A stretch of DNA of 64,000 nt from Acaryochloridaceae cyanobacterium VAR_48_metabat_390 (GCA_031422435.1 JANPLU010000112.1:1-64000); one strand, 5' to 3'; shown: positions 18,864-29,805, numbered from the stretch's first letter. Numbers and translations: made by a program. The notes: generated from the sequence alone by a model not told the origin.

Positions 18864-21218
18864 TCACTGTTGGGGACTCTGACGCGGCATTACGGGAATT
18901 GGCGGCGGGTAGGCAATACGCTCATGATTGACCTGCTGCCAAACCTGCACAAACGTCTGGGCTAGGCGCTCTAAATCTTCACGGGAGAGATGGGCATCGA
19001 CAAGCTGCTGTTCTTGCCAACGGGTCTTAAAGATTTGTTTGACGGTTCGTAACGCTGCTTCTGGCTCTTTTTGCTTCATCGCTCGTAGCGCTGCTTCGCA
19101 AGAATCTGCCAGCATGACAATTCCTGTCTCTCGACTTTGGGGCGCAGGCCCTTCATAGCGAAAATCCTGCTCTTGGATGGTAGTAGGCGGCGTAGACTGC
19201 TGCGCCATTTGACAGGCTTGATGATAAAAATAGGCAATGAGCATAGTGCCCTGATGTTCTGGAATAAATGCCTGCACCGCAGAAGGAAGCCCTGCTTTAC
19301 GCGCCATGACCAGCCCTTGCTCAACGTGCTGGCGAATCAGGTGGGCGCTCAGCCACGGGTCATTAAGGTCAGTGTGCTTATTAGGGCAGCCAAACTGGTT
19401 TTCAATAAATGCCTGAGGGTCATGCATTTTGCCAATGTCGTGGTAAAGCGTCCCCGTTCTGACTAGCTCTACGTTGCAGTGCAGGGCGCGTGCCCCGGCC
19501 TCTGCCAAGGTGGTGACAAACTGCGTATGCTGAAAGGTGCCCGGAGCCTGCTCTGCAAGCTGTTTGAGGAGGGGACGGTTGGGGTTGGCTAACTCCGCTA
19601 GGCGGATGGGCGTAATGAGGTCAAAGAGCTTTTCGAGGTAGGGGCTAACGCCTAAAGCAATAATGCACCAGCCGACACCAATCAGTCCCTGCCGCAGGGC
19701 GGATACCACCAGACTGAAGATCCCGAGGGTGTTGGTGCCGCCGAGAAGAATGACGTAGGCGATCGCCTGGACAACACCCAGCACCAAACCAACCCGCGCT
19801 AACTCCTCCCGCGATCTTGCATGGCTGGCGAGAACGCTGCCCACTAGGCTTCCGATTACAATTGCGGTAAAGGCAGGCCAGACTGCTGACTGTAGACCGA
19901 AGGGGACTAAAACCCCCAAGAGAACCACAACAACGGCTCCTATTACAGACCCATAAAAGGTGCCCACCAGTAGACCCACGGCAGGCAGTGTGGTGTAGGT
20001 TACTTCCGTTAGGCCAATCATGAGAGGGACACTGAGCGCCAGCAGTAGGACTAAAACCGTATCGCCATGACCCCAGCGCTGGTGAGACCAACGTTGGTAA
20101 TATCGTCGTCTTACCCCCGTAAATAGACCTAAGGCCGCAGCAACCGCTAGGCTAGTGACGACCAGCCCCTCAATATTGACCCGCCGCTGACTCAGTTTAA
20201 GGCTATCCAGAAGAGCAAAGTCTGCCGAGGTAATGGGCTGATTTTTCCAAACGATAACCTCACCTTTCCGAATGGGCACCTGAATGGGTCGAATTTGCTG
20301 AGCGGCCTGCTCTTGCTGCCGCAGCGTTTCTCCAGGGTCAATCACGAGGTTAAAGCGCAGCACCATAGGCAAAAGCTGAACGGCGGCTTTCTGATGGGGA
20401 AGGCTCCAGTCACTTACTTGAGTTGCTACGGCACTTTTGGTCACGTCAGCAAGCAGCCCAGGTGCAATGCCTTGGGATAACATCCGTCGCAGAACCACCT
20501 TCAGCTTTTTCTGAAAAGGCTCCCAGTCTGAATCAGGAAGGTCAAGAACAGGCTCAATCTGAAGATTCGCCAACTGCTGTGCCGCGACAAAACGCTGTGC
20601 CAGTGCGTAGCGCTCGTGAGACTGAATGGCGGACTGACGCATGTTTCCCCATTGAGGCGTGGTGCCAATTTTGCGGTAAGCTGCGCTGAGTTCGGCTAAA
20701 ACTCGCTGGTAGTCTGGTGATGGATCGCTATTTGCAGACCCGCTGCGGTTTTCAACGTCTTTGAGTAACGCTTCTAACTGCGGCAGACTCATGCGCCTGA
20801 GGGCGATTTGAACCTCTGTTGAAAGGACTGTGGTCGGCAAAAAGGGAAAAGGTTTGGTCAGCTTCCGTAAGGTTTTTGCTTGGGTTATGAGGGTTGAAAA
20901 GTCGTTCTCAATGGTTTCAGTGAGGGGCTGACTTAGCGCAAACACATTCAGCGCTGACTGTTTGGCGGCCTTACGGGCGGCTGCGGTTGCAATTTTGTCC
21001 TCAACGACGATGGTTTGAGGGGCATAAATGGTCTGCGGCGATCGCGTGTTGATGATAAGCTGCGGCTCGTTATAAAACTGATATCCAATGGTTCCGGTCA
21101 ATGCTAACAGCGCCAGAAGCGCTAGCAGAATCGACCGCCCAGAGACGGCGCAAGTCTCGACGGGAAATCTCAAAGGCCCTATTAGTCTCCCTAAGGGCTT
21201 AAGGTTAAGCCCCTTCAA
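18864..21218 (-). CDS. 7TM-HD (HDIG) phosphohydrolase, PgpH-like; start uncertain
   Basis: Extracellular domain, TM bundle, APGTFQH, YHDIGK, EHQGT, MLADSCEA. Confidence 0.9.
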   Translation of the reverse strand: MKGLNLKPLGRLIGPLRFPVETCAVSGRSILLALLALLALTGTIGYQFYNEPQLIINTRSPQTIYAPQTIVVEDKIATAAARKAAKQSALNVFALSQPLTETIENDFSTLITQAKTLRKLTKPFPFLPTTVLSTEVQIALRRMSLPQLEALLKDVENRSGSANSDPSPDYQRVLAELSAAYRKIGTTPQWGNMRQSAIQSHERYALAQRFVAAQQLANLQIEPVLDLPDSDWEPFQKKLKVVLRRMLSQGIAPGLLADVTKSAVATQVSDWSLPHQKAAVQLLPMVLRFNLVIDPGETLRQQEQAAQQIRPIQVPIRKGEVIVWKNQPITSADFALLDSLKLSQRRVNIEGLVVTSLAVAAALGLFTGVRRRYYQRWSHQRWGHGDTVLVLLLALSVPLMIGLTEVTYTTLPAVGLLVGTFYGSVIGAVVVVLLGVLVPFGLQSAVWPAFTAIVIGSLVGSVLASHARSREELARVGLVLGVVQAIAYVILLGGTNTLGIFSLVVSALRQGLIGVGWCIIALGVSPYLEKLFDLITPIRLAELANPNRPLLKQLAEQAPGTFQHTQFVTTLAEAGARALHCNVELVRTGTLYHDIGKMHDPQAFIENQFGCPNKHTDLNDPWLSAHLIRQHVEQGLVMARKAGLPSAVQAFIPEHQGTMLIAYFYHQACQMAQQSTPPTTIQEQDFRYEGPAPQSRETGIVMLADSCEAALRAMKQKEPEAALRTVKQIFKTRWQEQQLVDAHLSREDLERLAQTFVQVWQQVNHERIAYPPPIPVMPRQSPQQ

Positions 21219-21405
21219 ACGGTAATGCCTCTGATGTGGAGGGGAACGTACTGTACCCGAGGCGCTACTGCCATCAGACTACCTTGACCAGTCGCCATAT
21301 TTATCGTGAATAATTTAGGGTGTATTGCTTTGTGCAGACTTAGAACATGCAGCGCAAACCATCCCCACTGCTTCATTATACGAAAAGAGATGGGAAGGCG
21401 CTGCT

Positions 21406-22257
21406 TTAGCGCGGACGAAGCTGACCAGGGGAGGCGATCGCCACAGCAGACCAGTCCTGCGCTGGATGTGCTTCATAGCAGCCTGCCCAGCGCGCGGCAC
21501 AGAGATTGGCTAAGGTACACAGCCCCTCTTCTAGGGGCATTGCCACAGACCAGCGAATGGTTTTGAGTTGCCACCGCCAGTCTAATGGCAGGTTTGCAAA
21601 GCCATTATGAAAACCCGATAAAGCCGCTAAGAGAATCTGTAATTCTGGCTGATTTGGGATGGCGAATTCAGAGCGCTGCACCGTGAGGCGAAAATCTTCT
21701 GGTGTGCTAAGCAACAGATACAAGACTTGGGCAATGGCTTTTTCTGGTGTGATTTCGTCCAGTGGGGTTAGGAGGGTAAGACCCTGGCGATCGCTCAGTC
21801 GCTGATAAACGCTTCCAAGATGCTCTGCCAGCGGCGTTTCTTGTAAGGTAGGCGTTTGCAAGAGGTAAGACAGTAAATACTGAGGCGATTCTGTACGCTG
21901 AAGCCATTCTAGGGTTTGAATGATTGCCGTGACAGTGCTTACGGTCTGAGGCTGAGCGTTGGAAGGAGGGGGATAGCTGGCGAGCGTCCCATTCAAAAAA
22001 AACAGCGGCATTACATTCAGCAGCGCATCTTGCCAGCGCTTACAGTTCCATGTATCAGCGTTGACCTCTCCCCCAACTTTCAGCCAACGTGCGGCAAGCA
22101 GACAAAGACGATAGGTGTGTGGCAGCGCAATTTGAACCGTTGAGGTTGCTTCATCCATCGGCTGCGCTTGATCGAGCAACCCCTTCGCGTGGAGTTCACC
22201 GAGAGCAGCACCCACCCATAAGCCCTGTAGTTTCAGGTGCAGTGGTTCTACCTTCAT
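21406..22257 (-). CDS. ADP-ribosylglycohydrolase-like protein (degenerate)
   Basis: LQGLWVGAALGE N-terminus and ALSGFHNGFANLPLDW C-terminus resemble the ARH fold; no TDD motif seen. Confidence 0.6.
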   Translation of the reverse strand: MKVEPLHLKLQGLWVGAALGELHAKGLLDQAQPMDEATSTVQIALPHTYRLCLLAARWLKVGGEVNADTWNCKRWQDALLNVMPLFFLNGTLASYPPPSNAQPQTVSTVTAIIQTLEWLQRTESPQYLLSYLLQTPTLQETPLAEHLGSVYQRLSDRQGLTLLTPLDEITPEKAIAQVLYLLLSTPEDFRLTVQRSEFAIPNQPELQILLAALSGFHNGFANLPLDWRWQLKTIRWSVAMPLEEGLCTLANLCAARWAGCYEAHPAQDWSAVAIASPGQLRPR

Positions 22258-23474
22258 ACCGTCACTCCTGTAACAGGCTTTGCTTCTAGGTTTGCAAATG
22301 AGTTGCTCGTCCAGAGGCGCTGCCAGGTTAGCGTTTTAGAATCTGGGGCTAAATGCCACCGCAGCAGTTGATGTGCCGACTGCCCTATGCCTATACCTGG
22401 CAAACCGATGGCTTTTCGAGGGGTTTCGGTGGCAAGGGCGATCGCCGTTTCTACATCGCATACTCCCCACCTCACTAAATTTTTCACCCCCTCTAACAGC
22501 GACAGGGTGGTGCCCGACAGAGTTCCGTCTTCTAGTCGTGCAGTCCCTTGAATGACCTCAATCTGCCGACTGTCCCAAGGGTACAGACCATCGGGCAAAC
22601 CCAGGGGCGCAAGGGCATCGCTTACTAAAAAGAGTTCTCCGGCATTGCTGGCGCGAAGCAGCCATTGCAGCATTAGCGGTGAGACGTGCTGCCCATCGGC
22701 AATAAAGCCGCAGAATACTCCTGGCATCAGAGCAGCAGCACCCAATAGCCCTGGCTCTCGATGGTGCAGGGGCGGCATGGCGTTAAAGGCATGAGTGACC
22801 ATGGTGGCACCTTGGGCAAAGGCGACTTGGGTTTGGGCAGCGGTAGCGGTGGAGTGGCCTAGGCTAACGATAATGTTGTGGGTACGGAGATAGGCGATCG
22901 CCTCTCCTGAAACGTCTAACTCTGGGGCTAAGGTCATCACTTTCACCCAAGGCGCGTAGGAGCCAAGCACCTGCTTTAGGCGCTCTAGCGTGAGCGGCTG
23001 AAGATAGTCTTCAGGATGGGCACCGCGTTTCTGCACGTTTAAGAAAGGGCCTTCTAAATGCGCTCCTAAGACCTCTGCAATGGGCGGTTTGCCTTGAGGT
23101 TTAAAGTGGGCAAGGCAGTCTAATGCCTGATGAATCTTTGTGACGGAGGTGGTGACGATGGTAGGCAAGAAAGCATCTACCCCCTGTGCCCACAAAAATG
23201 CAGCAGCTTTCTCTAAGTCTGATGCCTTATGAAGTTTCAGATCTGAAAATGCCAGTCCCAATGCCCCATTAATCTGGAGATCTACGCCGCCCAAAGAGAC
23301 CCAATCGCCCCCTACATCAAATTTCCTAGGTTTCGGCACTGAAACTGCTTCATCCATAGGCACAATGGATAGAATCGTAGCCGATTTATTCAGCGCGATC
23401 TGCTGTAGTTTTTGGTATCCAGGAATGCGAGCATTTTCAATCCAGTGGCAGAGCGTGAGTCCCATAACAGCCAA
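22254..23474 (-). CDS. nagA: N-acetylglucosamine-6-phosphate deacetylase; start uncertain
   Basis: DLQING, HLEGPF, TLAPE, GHS, THAFNAM, IADGQH, LVSDA. Confidence 0.95.
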   Translation of the reverse strand: MAVMGLTLCHWIENARIPGYQKLQQIALNKSATILSIVPMDEAVSVPKPRKFDVGGDWVSLGGVDLQINGALGLAFSDLKLHKASDLEKAAAFLWAQGVDAFLPTIVTTSVTKIHQALDCLAHFKPQGKPPIAEVLGAHLEGPFLNVQKRGAHPEDYLQPLTLERLKQVLGSYAPWVKVMTLAPELDVSGEAIAYLRTHNIIVSLGHSTATAAQTQVAFAQGATMVTHAFNAMPPLHHREPGLLGAAALMPGVFCGFIADGQHVSPLMLQWLLRASNAGELFLVSDALAPLGLPDGLYPWDSRQIEVIQGTARLEDGTLSGTTLSLLEGVKNLVRWGVCDVETAIALATETPRKAIGLPGIGIGQSAHQLLRWHLAPDSKTLTWQRLWTSNSFANLEAKPVTGVTV

Positions 23475-23606
23475 TATGTTGCATGCTTACAATAGAACAG
23501 AGTATACGTTGTCTGCGAAATCTCTTCATATTAAATTTTGAGAATCTGAAAATCTAATGACCTACATCTCTAAATTAAAAAACAAGTAGATTTTTCCTGA
23601 AAACAT

Positions 23607-24701
23607 ATGGCGTACTTTACCTGTAAATTTATTAAGAATGTTGGAATTGGAGACCAACTTTATCAATTACAAGCAATATATAATATTGGAAGAATAGTGG
23701 GATTGAAGTATATTCATTCTCCCTTGCCGCCCAGTCGATGGTGTCAAAGCCTAGACATATCAAACTTTTTTGGACTTGGTCTCGGAGAAGAGTCAATAGA
23801 ATTCTATCGATCAAAGTCTTACAAGATTATAGATATTAGCGCTCATGAATTAGCTGTGGATCTCTTTAAAGGAAAAAATCTTGAAAAATTATTTAATACG
23901 CCAGAGAGATCTAAAACAATATACAGACTTGCTTTTTCAAAAGAGCTTTACCGAGAAAATCAACACTATATTGATATTCCATCGGTTTTTAAGTTTAATT
24001 TTGGAGAAAAGTTTTTGAATGCACAAAAAAAATCTTTAGAGGCCTATAGTCCATTCAAAAAAAACTTGATTTCTATAGCAGTACATATTAGAAGAGGGGA
24101 CTGCACATGGTTAGAGGATAATGGGAAGTACGTATTTCCCTATATGAACAAGGTCATTCCCGTTAACCCTAATGATATCGATGTCCGTCGAGCAGTTTCT
24201 CATGAAAGCTATCTGAGATTGTTAGAGAATATTTTTGAACGATATGATCCTAATCTGTTTGAGTTAAGAATATACTCAGACGGCATCCCTGAGAAGTTTT
24301 GGGTAGACTTAAGCCTATTTGAGAAAATTAGGCAGCAGATAACAACTAAAGGTATAAAATCTCTGTTTGCGCAGAACCAAAAAATATTGAGGTCTAGCGA
24401 TTCTATTTTCTACGAGAAATTAAAAAGTAGATTTGACAAACTAAAAAATGAATTTAATGTCTACGAAAAATTCCCCAATACTACGCTTCGGATTGGAACA
24501 AGCCCAGAACTAACAAAGGAGATAATCACAGCTTTTGCATTGGCAGATATTGCGATCTTAGCAAGAGAAAGTTCTTTCCCAGATCTTGGACTTCATGATT
24601 GTAGTAGTCAACAAATATTAATGACCGCAGGGACAAATCAGTCTAAAAGCATAGCCTTAATTAAGAATTTAATTGGTCTTCATCAAAATAAAATTGGATA
24701 G
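23607..24701 (+). CDS. AT-rich putative glycosyltransferase (GT11/fucosyltransferase-like)
   Basis: GIGDQLYQL (cf. GLGNQxFQ), IAVHIRRGD, IYSD, SSF motifs. Confidence 0.6.
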   Translation: MAYFTCKFIKNVGIGDQLYQLQAIYNIGRIVGLKYIHSPLPPSRWCQSLDISNFFGLGLGEESIEFYRSKSYKIIDISAHELAVDLFKGKNLEKLFNTPERSKTIYRLAFSKELYRENQHYIDIPSVFKFNFGEKFLNAQKKSLEAYSPFKKNLISIAVHIRRGDCTWLEDNGKYVFPYMNKVIPVNPNDIDVRRAVSHESYLRLLENIFERYDPNLFELRIYSDGIPEKFWVDLSLFEKIRQQITTKGIKSLFAQNQKILRSSDSIFYEKLKSRFDKLKNEFNVYEKFPNTTLRIGTSPELTKEIITAFALADIAILARESSFPDLGLHDCSSQQILMTAGTNQSKSIALIKNLIGLHQNKIG

Positions 24702-24943
24702 CGGTTTAAGAAAATTTATGCATACAAAAACGGTCTAAGTTTGGGACAGTTTTACAGAATAATAGCCATTTTGCCCAGAGTCTTGTGGAAAGCAGCGCTA
24801 GGATGCTCAATTGTAATTCCAAAAAAGCTGACCTATGAAAAGGTCAGCAGATTAATATTTCAGTATTCTCTTTAATCGTGAATTTGAACTTACAGGCTAC
24901 TTAGGGTACCTCTAAATCCCATTTTGTAGTAAGTGCAGTGTTC

Positions 24944-25258
24944 TTATCCTGGTTGAGCAATTCCTGATGGTTCGACTGCGGTCGTGGGCGTTTTTGCATT
25001 GTTTTTTTGTGTCACTGCATCTGCGGGCAATAATTCAATGTGATTTAATAAAGTCGTGACAAAAGCAAATAGCAAAAATGGCACCGACAAAACTAAAATT
25101 AGGCCGCTCGTTAGAAAGGCGTATATAGGATTTTCGTACATTGCAATGGCTGCGCCGAGGCTAATAAAAATGACGATTAGCCAAATCATCACCTGACCAT
25201 AGATGTCTCCGAAGGTTAGCGTGCAGGTGAAGCGATATTTTTGCAGTAAACCATTCAT
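24944..25258 (-). CDS. Conserved cyanobacterial two-TM hypothetical protein
   Basis: CTLTFGDIYGQ..WLIVIF...PFLLFAFVTTL. Confidence 0.75.
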   Translation of the reverse strand: MNGLLQKYRFTCTLTFGDIYGQVMIWLIVIFISLGAAIAMYENPIYAFLTSGLILVLSVPFLLFAFVTTLLNHIELLPADAVTQKNNAKTPTTAVEPSGIAQPG

Positions 25259-25435
25259 ATGCTATTGCCTCAGAAACGTTAAATCGTGTTACGGCCTTGA
25301 CTACATTCTGAATGGATCCAGCGTTTATTGATGAGAATGGCTTAGATTCGCAATAGAAGTTTGTATAACTCGACAGTTCGATACAAAAGAACATCAGCTC
25401 ATTCAGTTTTTAGCACCTTACGGAATCGTATTTTT

Positions 25436-25969
25436 ATGTCTTACCCAGTCCCGACTCTCCCTGAAGTTGCCATTATTATGGGGAGCGATTCTGATCTGCC
25501 CACCATGGAAGCGGCGATCGCCATTTGTCAAGACTTCGGCATTGCCCACCACGTCGAAATCATCTCAGCCCATCGCACCCCCACCCGCATGATGGAATTT
25601 GCCCAGAACGCGCATACTGTAGGGCTAAAGGTCATCATTGCCGGAGCGGGGGGTGCCGCCCATCTGCCAGGGATGGTCGCGGCGCTTACGCCATTGCCTG
25701 TGATTGGGGTTCCGGTTGCCAGTCGGCATTTAAAGGGGTTAGATTCGCTGTACTCCATTGTGCAAATGCCAGCAGGGATTCCGGTAGCGACCGTGGCGAT
25801 CGGGAATGCTCAAAACGCAGGGCTATTGGCAGTTCAAATCTTGGCAGCGCAAAGGCCAGAGTTATTAGAAAAAGTGATTGGGTTTCGTAAACGCTTAGAA
25901 GAAACGGTACAAGCTAAGCAGACACGTTTAGAAGCGATCGGTGCGACTGAGTATCTCAAAACGCGCTAA
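25436..25969 (+). CDS. purE: N5-CAIR mutase
   Basis: [32 protein letters not shown]. Confidence 0.97.
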   Translation: MSYPVPTLPEVAIIMGSDSDLPTMEAAIAICQDFGIAHHVEIISAHRTPTRMMEFAQNAHTVGLKVIIAGAGGAAHLPGMVAALTPLPVIGVPVASRHLKGLDSLYSIVQMPAGIPVATVAIGNAQNAGLLAVQILAAQRPELLEKVIGFRKRLEETVQAKQTRLEAIGATEYLKTR

Positions 25970-26001
25970 AACTTGATTACCCATCCATCCCGTCCGAAAC
26001 C

Positions 26002-27174
26002 ATGACTGAATCTGACTCCATCACGGCACTGGCGGCAGAACGCGCCTGGATTGAGATTGATGAGGGGGCGACCGCCCACAATATCCATGCCCTTCAGTCT
26101 TTGCTTAAGCCTGGAACTGACCTGATGGCAGTGGTCAAAGCCAATGCTTACGGTCATGGGGCTGTTCCAGTAGCGACCCTTGCCCAACAGCTTGGTGTCA
26201 AGTTTTTTGGCGTTGCCACCGTCCCAGAGGGCATGGAGCTACGTCAAGCCGGAATTTCTGCCTCTATTCTGGTCATGGGTGCTGTGCAGAGTCGGAGTCA
26301 GATTGAGGCGATCGCCCACTGGAACTTAGAGCCAACCCTTTGCAGTCCTTCGCAAGCCGAAATATTTTCTCAAATGCTTTCGGCTCCACTGCCCGTCCAT
26401 CTCAAACTTGACACAGGCATGTCGCGCTTGGGCTACCCGTGGCAACAGGGCATTGATTTTATCCAGCAGGTTCGGGCGCTGCCCCATTTGCACATTGCTA
26501 GCATTTATTCCCATCTCGCCACTGCCGATGACCCAGATCCTAGCTTTATGAAAGAGCAGCAGGCGCGGTTTGATGGTGTGATTGAGCGTACCCGCGCGGC
26601 AGGTATCCCCATCCCTGCCTTACACCTTGCCAACTCTGCCGGAACCTTGTTCAGTCAGGCGCTGCACTATGACCGAGTGCGCGTGGGGCTATCGCTTTAT
26701 GGCATCTACCCCAGCCATCAGCTTGAGTCAGTCATTGATCTAAAGCCCGTCATGCAGGTGCGTGGCCGAATCGCTCAAATTAAAGATTTACCCCAAGGCG
26801 TAGGCGTTAGCTATGGACACCGCTACATCACTTCAAAGCCTTGTCGCGTCGCTATTGTCAGTATTGGCTATGCCGATGGCATACCACGGAATCTTTCCAA
26901 TCAGATGCAGGTGTTAGTGCGGGGGCAAGCCGTTCCGCAGTTGGGCGTTATTACAATGGATCAGATTGTGATCGACGTAACTGAAATAGCCGATGCAGCC
27001 GTAGGGGATGTTGTGACGCTTCTAGGACAAGATGGCGATCGCCAAATTTTGGCAGAAACCTGGTCACAGCGTTTAGGCACCATCCCCTACGAAATTGTCT
27101 GTGGATTTCAACAGCGTCTTCCTCGGTGTGGATTGAGCGTAGCCGAAACCCACACCGATAACTCGACCCCTTGA
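26002..27174 (+). CDS. alr: Alanine racemase
   Basis: AVVKANAYGHG, KLDTGMSRLG, IGYADG, TMDQ. Confidence 0.97.
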   Translation: MTESDSITALAAERAWIEIDEGATAHNIHALQSLLKPGTDLMAVVKANAYGHGAVPVATLAQQLGVKFFGVATVPEGMELRQAGISASILVMGAVQSRSQIEAIAHWNLEPTLCSPSQAEIFSQMLSAPLPVHLKLDTGMSRLGYPWQQGIDFIQQVRALPHLHIASIYSHLATADDPDPSFMKEQQARFDGVIERTRAAGIPIPALHLANSAGTLFSQALHYDRVRVGLSLYGIYPSHQLESVIDLKPVMQVRGRIAQIKDLPQGVGVSYGHRYITSKPCRVAIVSIGYADGIPRNLSNQMQVLVRGQAVPQLGVITMDQIVIDVTEIADAAVGDVVTLLGQDGDRQILAETWSQRLGTIPYEIVCGFQQRLPRCGLSVAETHTDNSTP

Positions 27175-27255
27175 TTTCCAGCCTTCAATGAAGCTATCGT
27201 GCATAAACCCAGGGATCGACGCCATCCTTGACTGCTATAAACCTATGGAATTTTG

Positions 27256-28680
27256 ATGGCAGAACTCATTCTTTTTTGGCACCGCCGCGACCTTAGAATT
27301 TCAGATAACGTGGGTCTTTCTGCCGCCCGCGCCCGTAGCCCCAAAGTGGTTGGCATATTTTGCCTAGACCCCAATATTCTCAACCGAAACGATATTGCAC
27401 CTGCGCGTGTCACCTTTATGATTGGGTGCCTACAGGCACTAGAGCAGCGCTATGAAGCCGCAGGCAGTCAGCTTTTAATTCTAAAAGCCAAGCCAGAAGA
27501 AGCCATCCCCCAATTGGCAACTGCCCTCAATGCATCGGCAGTATTTTGGAACCAAGACGTAGAACCCTATGCCCAAGAACGCGATCGCCACGTCACCTTA
27601 GCCCTACAGCAAGACGGCATCTCCGTTTCCACCTTTTGGGATCAGCTCCTCCACGCCCCAGGCGAAATCCTCACGGGAGCCGGAAGCCCCTACACGGTAT
27701 ACACCCCGTTTTGGCGCAACTGGAGCAGCAAAACCAAGCTAGAGCCATTCCCGACCTTCAGGAATGCCCAAGGCTTAACCGCCGACGAACACGGCACCGC
27801 CATTGAAGCAGGTATTTTGCCGCTGCCCACTGCGCCAGAGCTAGGCTATGTGTGGGACGCGCCGCTGCTGGCTGACCCAGGGGAGCAGGCCGCCACAGAA
27901 ATGCTCGACTACTTTTGCCAAAGTGCGATCGCCGAATACCAAGAAAACCGCAACTACCCCGCAGCCCCTGGCACCTCGTTTCTAAGCGCTCCCCTTAAAT
28001 TTGGCACCATCGGCATTCGATCCGTTTGGTCAGCCACCACCGTGGTTTTAGAAGGATGCCGCAGCGATGAAGTGCGCGCCAGCATTCAAACCTGGCGGCA
28101 GGAGTTAGCATGGCGTGAGTTTTATCAGCACGCTCTCTACACCTTCCCTGCCCTTGCAGAAGGTCCCTATCGTCCGCTCTGGCAGACTTTTCCGTGGCAG
28201 GGCACCGACGAGCAGTTTGAGGCATGGTGCACGGGGCAAACAGGCTACCCCATTGTGGATGCCGCCATGCGTCAGCTCAACCAAACCGGATGGATGCACA
28301 ACCGCTGCCGCATGATTGTCGCCAGTTTTTTGACTAAAGATTTAATTATCAACTGGCAGCGCGGCGAACAGTATTTTATGCAAACGCTCATTGATGGCGA
28401 TTTAGCTGCCAACAATGGCGGCTGGCAGTGGAGTGCCTCTAGCGGCATGGATCCAAAGCCATTGCGAATTTTCAACCCCTACACTCAGGCGCAAAAGTTT
28501 GACGCAGAGGGCGAGTACATTCGTGAATGGATTCCTGAACTGCGTCGTGTGGGTACGGCATATCTGGTGAGCGGCAAAATCTCTGTAGAAGACTGCGATC
28601 GCTGTGGCTATCCACAGCCCATCGTTGACCACGCCGTACAGCAGCGACTGTTCAAGCAGCTCTATCAGCAGCAGAAGTAA
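27256..28680 (+). CDS. phrA: Deoxyribodipyrimidine photolyase (class I CPD)
   Basis: [43 protein letters not shown]. Confidence 0.93.
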   Translation: MAELILFWHRRDLRISDNVGLSAARARSPKVVGIFCLDPNILNRNDIAPARVTFMIGCLQALEQRYEAAGSQLLILKAKPEEAIPQLATALNASAVFWNQDVEPYAQERDRHVTLALQQDGISVSTFWDQLLHAPGEILTGAGSPYTVYTPFWRNWSSKTKLEPFPTFRNAQGLTADEHGTAIEAGILPLPTAPELGYVWDAPLLADPGEQAATEMLDYFCQSAIAEYQENRNYPAAPGTSFLSAPLKFGTIGIRSVWSATTVVLEGCRSDEVRASIQTWRQELAWREFYQHALYTFPALAEGPYRPLWQTFPWQGTDEQFEAWCTGQTGYPIVDAAMRQLNQTGWMHNRCRMIVASFLTKDLIINWQRGEQYFMQTLIDGDLAANNGGWQWSASSGMDPKPLRIFNPYTQAQKFDAEGEYIREWIPELRRVGTAYLVSGKISVEDCDRCGYPQPIVDHAVQQRLFKQLYQQQK

Positions 28681-28775
28681 GGCTAATCCACAACACTGAA
28701 TCGCCAAGCTGCCATGTTAGTATGTTAGACGTGCTGTAAAGCTTCTAGGCAAATGGCTTGCAGACTCAATAGTCT

Positions 28776-28847
<72 letters not shown>

Positions 28848-28885
28848 TCATAGGATAATCCAATGTTGTCCGATAATGTCTATCT

Positions 28886-28909
28886 AACCCGCTCTAGTAG
28901 CGGGTTTTT
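28886..28909 (+). terminator. Intrinsic terminator after tRNA-Lys
   Basis: AACCCGCT-CTAGT-AGCGGGTT followed by a T run. Confidence 0.7.
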
Positions 28910-28921
28910 GCTGTTAAGATA

Positions 28922-28979
28922 ACACAGTTAACCGAGAATTAGTGTAAAGTTTGTATAGAGCAATTGCCGTTAACTGTGT
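28922..28979. promoter_or_regulatory. 11-bp inverted repeat, putative operator for the downstream RHH protein
   Basis: ACACAGTTAAC (28922-28932) and GTTAACTGTGT (28969-28979); the second arm abuts the ATG at 28980. Confidence 0.5.
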
Positions 28980-29198
28980 ATGCCAAACCCGAACCCACTA
29001 CAGACTGAAGACTTTAAGTGTCACTGGTATAAGCCTCAAGGGGAGATCACCACAGAGCTGTCTAAAAAGGCGATCGCCGTTAAGCTACCCGTCGATGTGG
29101 ATAAGGCTGTTAGGTCATATCCCAATATGGCGGCATGGCTACGCCGCGTCATTACCGAAGCCGCACAGCGTGAACTAATGAAGGATGGTGAGACATGA
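28980..29198 (+). CDS. Small ribbon-helix-helix-like DNA-binding protein
   Basis: IAVKLPVDVDKAVRSYPNMAAWLRRVITEAAQREL (beta-helix-helix pattern). Confidence 0.65.
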   Translation: MPNPNPLQTEDFKCHWYKPQGEITTELSKKAIAVKLPVDVDKAVRSYPNMAAWLRRVITEAAQRELMKDGET

Positions 29199-29542
29199 CA
29201 CAGGCCACTGATATCGACATCCGAGAACTTCGAGATCTAATTCTTGGCTTAGATAAGAAAATAGATGGTTTAGATAAACGATTAGAAGTTTCTCAAGCCC
29301 GTAACGATGAGCGGTTTAACAGCATTGACCAGCGATTCAGCGCACTGGATGCTCAGCTTACTGATTTCAAAAAAAGCACTGACACTCATTTTGCAGACAT
29401 CAGGAAAAGCACTGATACCCAACTTGCAGACATCAAAATCCAGCTTCGGGCACAAGATACGCGGTTGTGGGGTTTCATCGTGACTCTGTCCTTAGCCATC
29501 ATCGGATTCTTGTCAAAGCTGGCATTCTTTCCACAAACCTGA
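29195..29542 (+). CDS. Coiled-coil protein with C-terminal TM anchor (DUF1640/XhlA-like architecture)
   Basis: Heptad-like repeats, internal repeat KSTDTHFADI/KSTDTQLADI, hydrophobic C-terminus; ATGA overlap with upstream gene. Confidence 0.65.
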   Translation: MTQATDIDIRELRDLILGLDKKIDGLDKRLEVSQARNDERFNSIDQRFSALDAQLTDFKKSTDTHFADIRKSTDTQLADIKIQLRAQDTRLWGFIVTLSLAIIGFLSKLAFFPQT

Positions 29543-29805
29543 CTAACCCAGCAACACACTTCAAGGGGCATTATTGGGGGCATGCGCTAAAGCTAGGATT
29601 TTAATCCCGATTTTCATTGGTTCAGGGCTTAAACTTCCACACCACAAATTGGATTTTAAGCGGTCTTGCGAAAGGTGACCAGTCGGAAAATGTTGGGTTG
29701 CTCAGTGATGTGCAAAGAATTTGTGTACTATTTTAACAGTCCTTAACGCTTTGCTCTTGCTTGAAACACGAGAGACAAAGCGCTGACAACGGTGCAAATA
29801 CCTCT

